From: Cetorhinus maximus
Lineage: Eukaryota
Reading direction: 5' to 3'
Length of the DNA: 64,000 nucleotides
NCBI RefSeq assembly: GCF_964194155.1
Contig: NC_135909.1
Span: 2,356,001 to 2,420,000, forward strand
Position numbers and translations under genes: made by a program
Notes under the pieces: model-generated
Told to the model about the DNA's origin: nothing
What the model saw: the letters and a program-made list of their open reading frames with translations, nothing else
Databases searched by the model: none
In this document: piece by piece, positions 62,421 through 64,000 of the stretch
Layout: each line of letters begins with the position of its first letter
Numbering within the stretch: position 1 is the first letter of the stretch

Positions 62421-64000
62421 CTTTTTTTTTATTCATTCAGGGATGTGGGCGTCGCTGGCTAGGCCAGCATTTATTGCCCATCCCTAGTTGCCCTTAAGGA
62501 GGTGGTGGTGAGCTGCCTTCTTGAACTGCTATAGTCCATGTGGTGTAGGTACACCCACAGTGCTGTTAGGGAGGGAGTTCCAGGATTTTGACCCAGTGAC
62601 AGTGAAGGAACGGCTGATATATTTCCAAGTCAGGATGGTGAGTGACTTGGAGGGGAACTTGCAGGCGGTGGTGTTCCCATGTGTCTGCTGCCCTTGTCCT
62701 TCTAGATGGTAAAGGTCATGGGTTTGGAACGTGCTGTCCAAGGAGCCTTGGTGAATGCAGTGCGTCCCGTAGATGGGGTACACACTGCTGCCACTGTGCA
62801 TCAGTGGTGGAGGGCATCAATGTTTGTGGATGAGGTGCCAATCAAGCGGGGCAGCTTTGCCCTGGACAGTGTCAGGCTTCTTGAGTATTGTGGGAGCTGC
62901 ACTCATCCAGGCAAGTGCAGAGTATTCCATCACACTCTCGACTCGTGCCTTGTAGATGGTGGACAGGCTTTGGGGAGTCAAGAGGTGAGTTACTCGCTGC
63001 AGGATTCCCAGCCTCTGACCTGTTCTTGTAGCCACAGTGTTTATATGGCTGGTCCAGTTCAGTTTCTGACCAATGGCAACCCCTAGGATGTTGATAGTGG
63101 AAGATTCAATGATGGTAATGCCATTGAATGTCAAGGGGCGATGGTTGGATTCTCCCTTGTTGGAGATGGTCATTGCCTGGCACTTGTGTGGCGCAAATGT
63201 TACTTGCCACTTGTAACAAGCCTGAATATTGTCCAGGGTCTTACTGCATTTGGACATGGACTGCTTCAGTAACTGAGGAGTTGCGAATGGTGCTGAACAT
63301 TGTGCAATCATCAGTGAACATCCCCACTTCTGACCTTATGATGGAAGGAAGGTCATTGATGAAGTAGTAACTGAAAATGGTTAGGCCTAGGACACTACCC
63401 TGAGGAACTCCTGCAGTGATGTCCTGGAGCTGAGATGACTGACCTCCAACAGCCACAACCATCTTCCTTTGCGCTAGGTATGACTCCAACCAGTAGAGAG
63501 TTTTCCCCCTGATTCCCATTGACTCCAGTTTTGCTAGGGCTCCTTGATGCCACACTCAGTCAAATGCTGCCTTGATGTCAAGGGTAGTCACTCTCGCCTC
63601 ACCTCGGGAGTTCAGCTCTTTTGTCCATGTTTGAACCAAGGCTGTAATGAGGTCAGGAGCTGAGTGGCCCTGGCGGAACCCAAACTGAGCATCAGTGAGC
63701 AGGTTATTGCTAAGCAAGTGCCGCTGGATAGCACTGTTGATGACCCTTCCATTACTTTACTGATGATGGAGAGTAGACTGATGGGGCAGTAATTGGTCAG
63801 GTTGGATTTGTCCTGCTTTTTGTGTACAGAACATACCTGGGTAATTTTCAGCATAGCCAGGTAGATACCAGTGTTGTAGCTGTACTGGAACAGCTTGGCT
63901 AGGGGCGCGGCAAGTTCTGGAATAATCTTCAGTAATATTGCTGGAATATTGTCAGGGCCCATAGTCTTTGCAGTATCCAGTGTCTTCAGCTGTTTCTTGA
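62421..64000 (-). mobile_element. CR1/L2-type LINE, RT domain and 3' end, disrupted; continues past the window end
   Basis: Minus-strand ORF pieces GPDNIP, PISLLSIISKVME, GVPQGSVLG and MFTDD; A-rich tail at 62422-62437. Confidence 0.9.

Overview
Vertebrate genomic DNA, most likely a shark or other cartilaginous fish (inferred from the CR1, Penelope and DeuSINE-like repeat content and the satellite-rich introns). Spliced genes I could reconstruct: ZNRD2/SSSCA1 (+, 4 exons, 917-21903, 200 aa), FAM89B (+, 2 exons, 25932-31986, 174 aa) and an RBM14/RBM4-family gene (+, 3 exons, 45465-52145, 291 aa). There is also a possible first exon of a further gene at 59059, perhaps CCS. The most unusual element lies head-to-head with the RBM gene: an inverted paralogue of its exon 2 (minus strand, 41457-38816). 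It encodes half an RRM, a CCHC knuckle, a bipartite NLS-like motif and about 48 uninterrupted 14-aa SGLLxTP repeats. Its apparent first exon ends at the same VK/G phase-1 junction as the plus-strand gene but has no in-frame ATG. The two genes share a mirror-symmetric bidirectional promoter. Other notable structures: an 11-kb intronic minisatellite whose units combine a U1 site with AATAAA, a perfect 129-bp-arm Penelope-like palindrome with a hammerhead-like core nested in a CR1, and nested inverted satellite pairs around FAM89B. Most long ORFs in the supplied track are satellite translation artefacts. Protein and repeat-family assignments rest on recalled sequences, not database searches; repeat boundaries are approximate.
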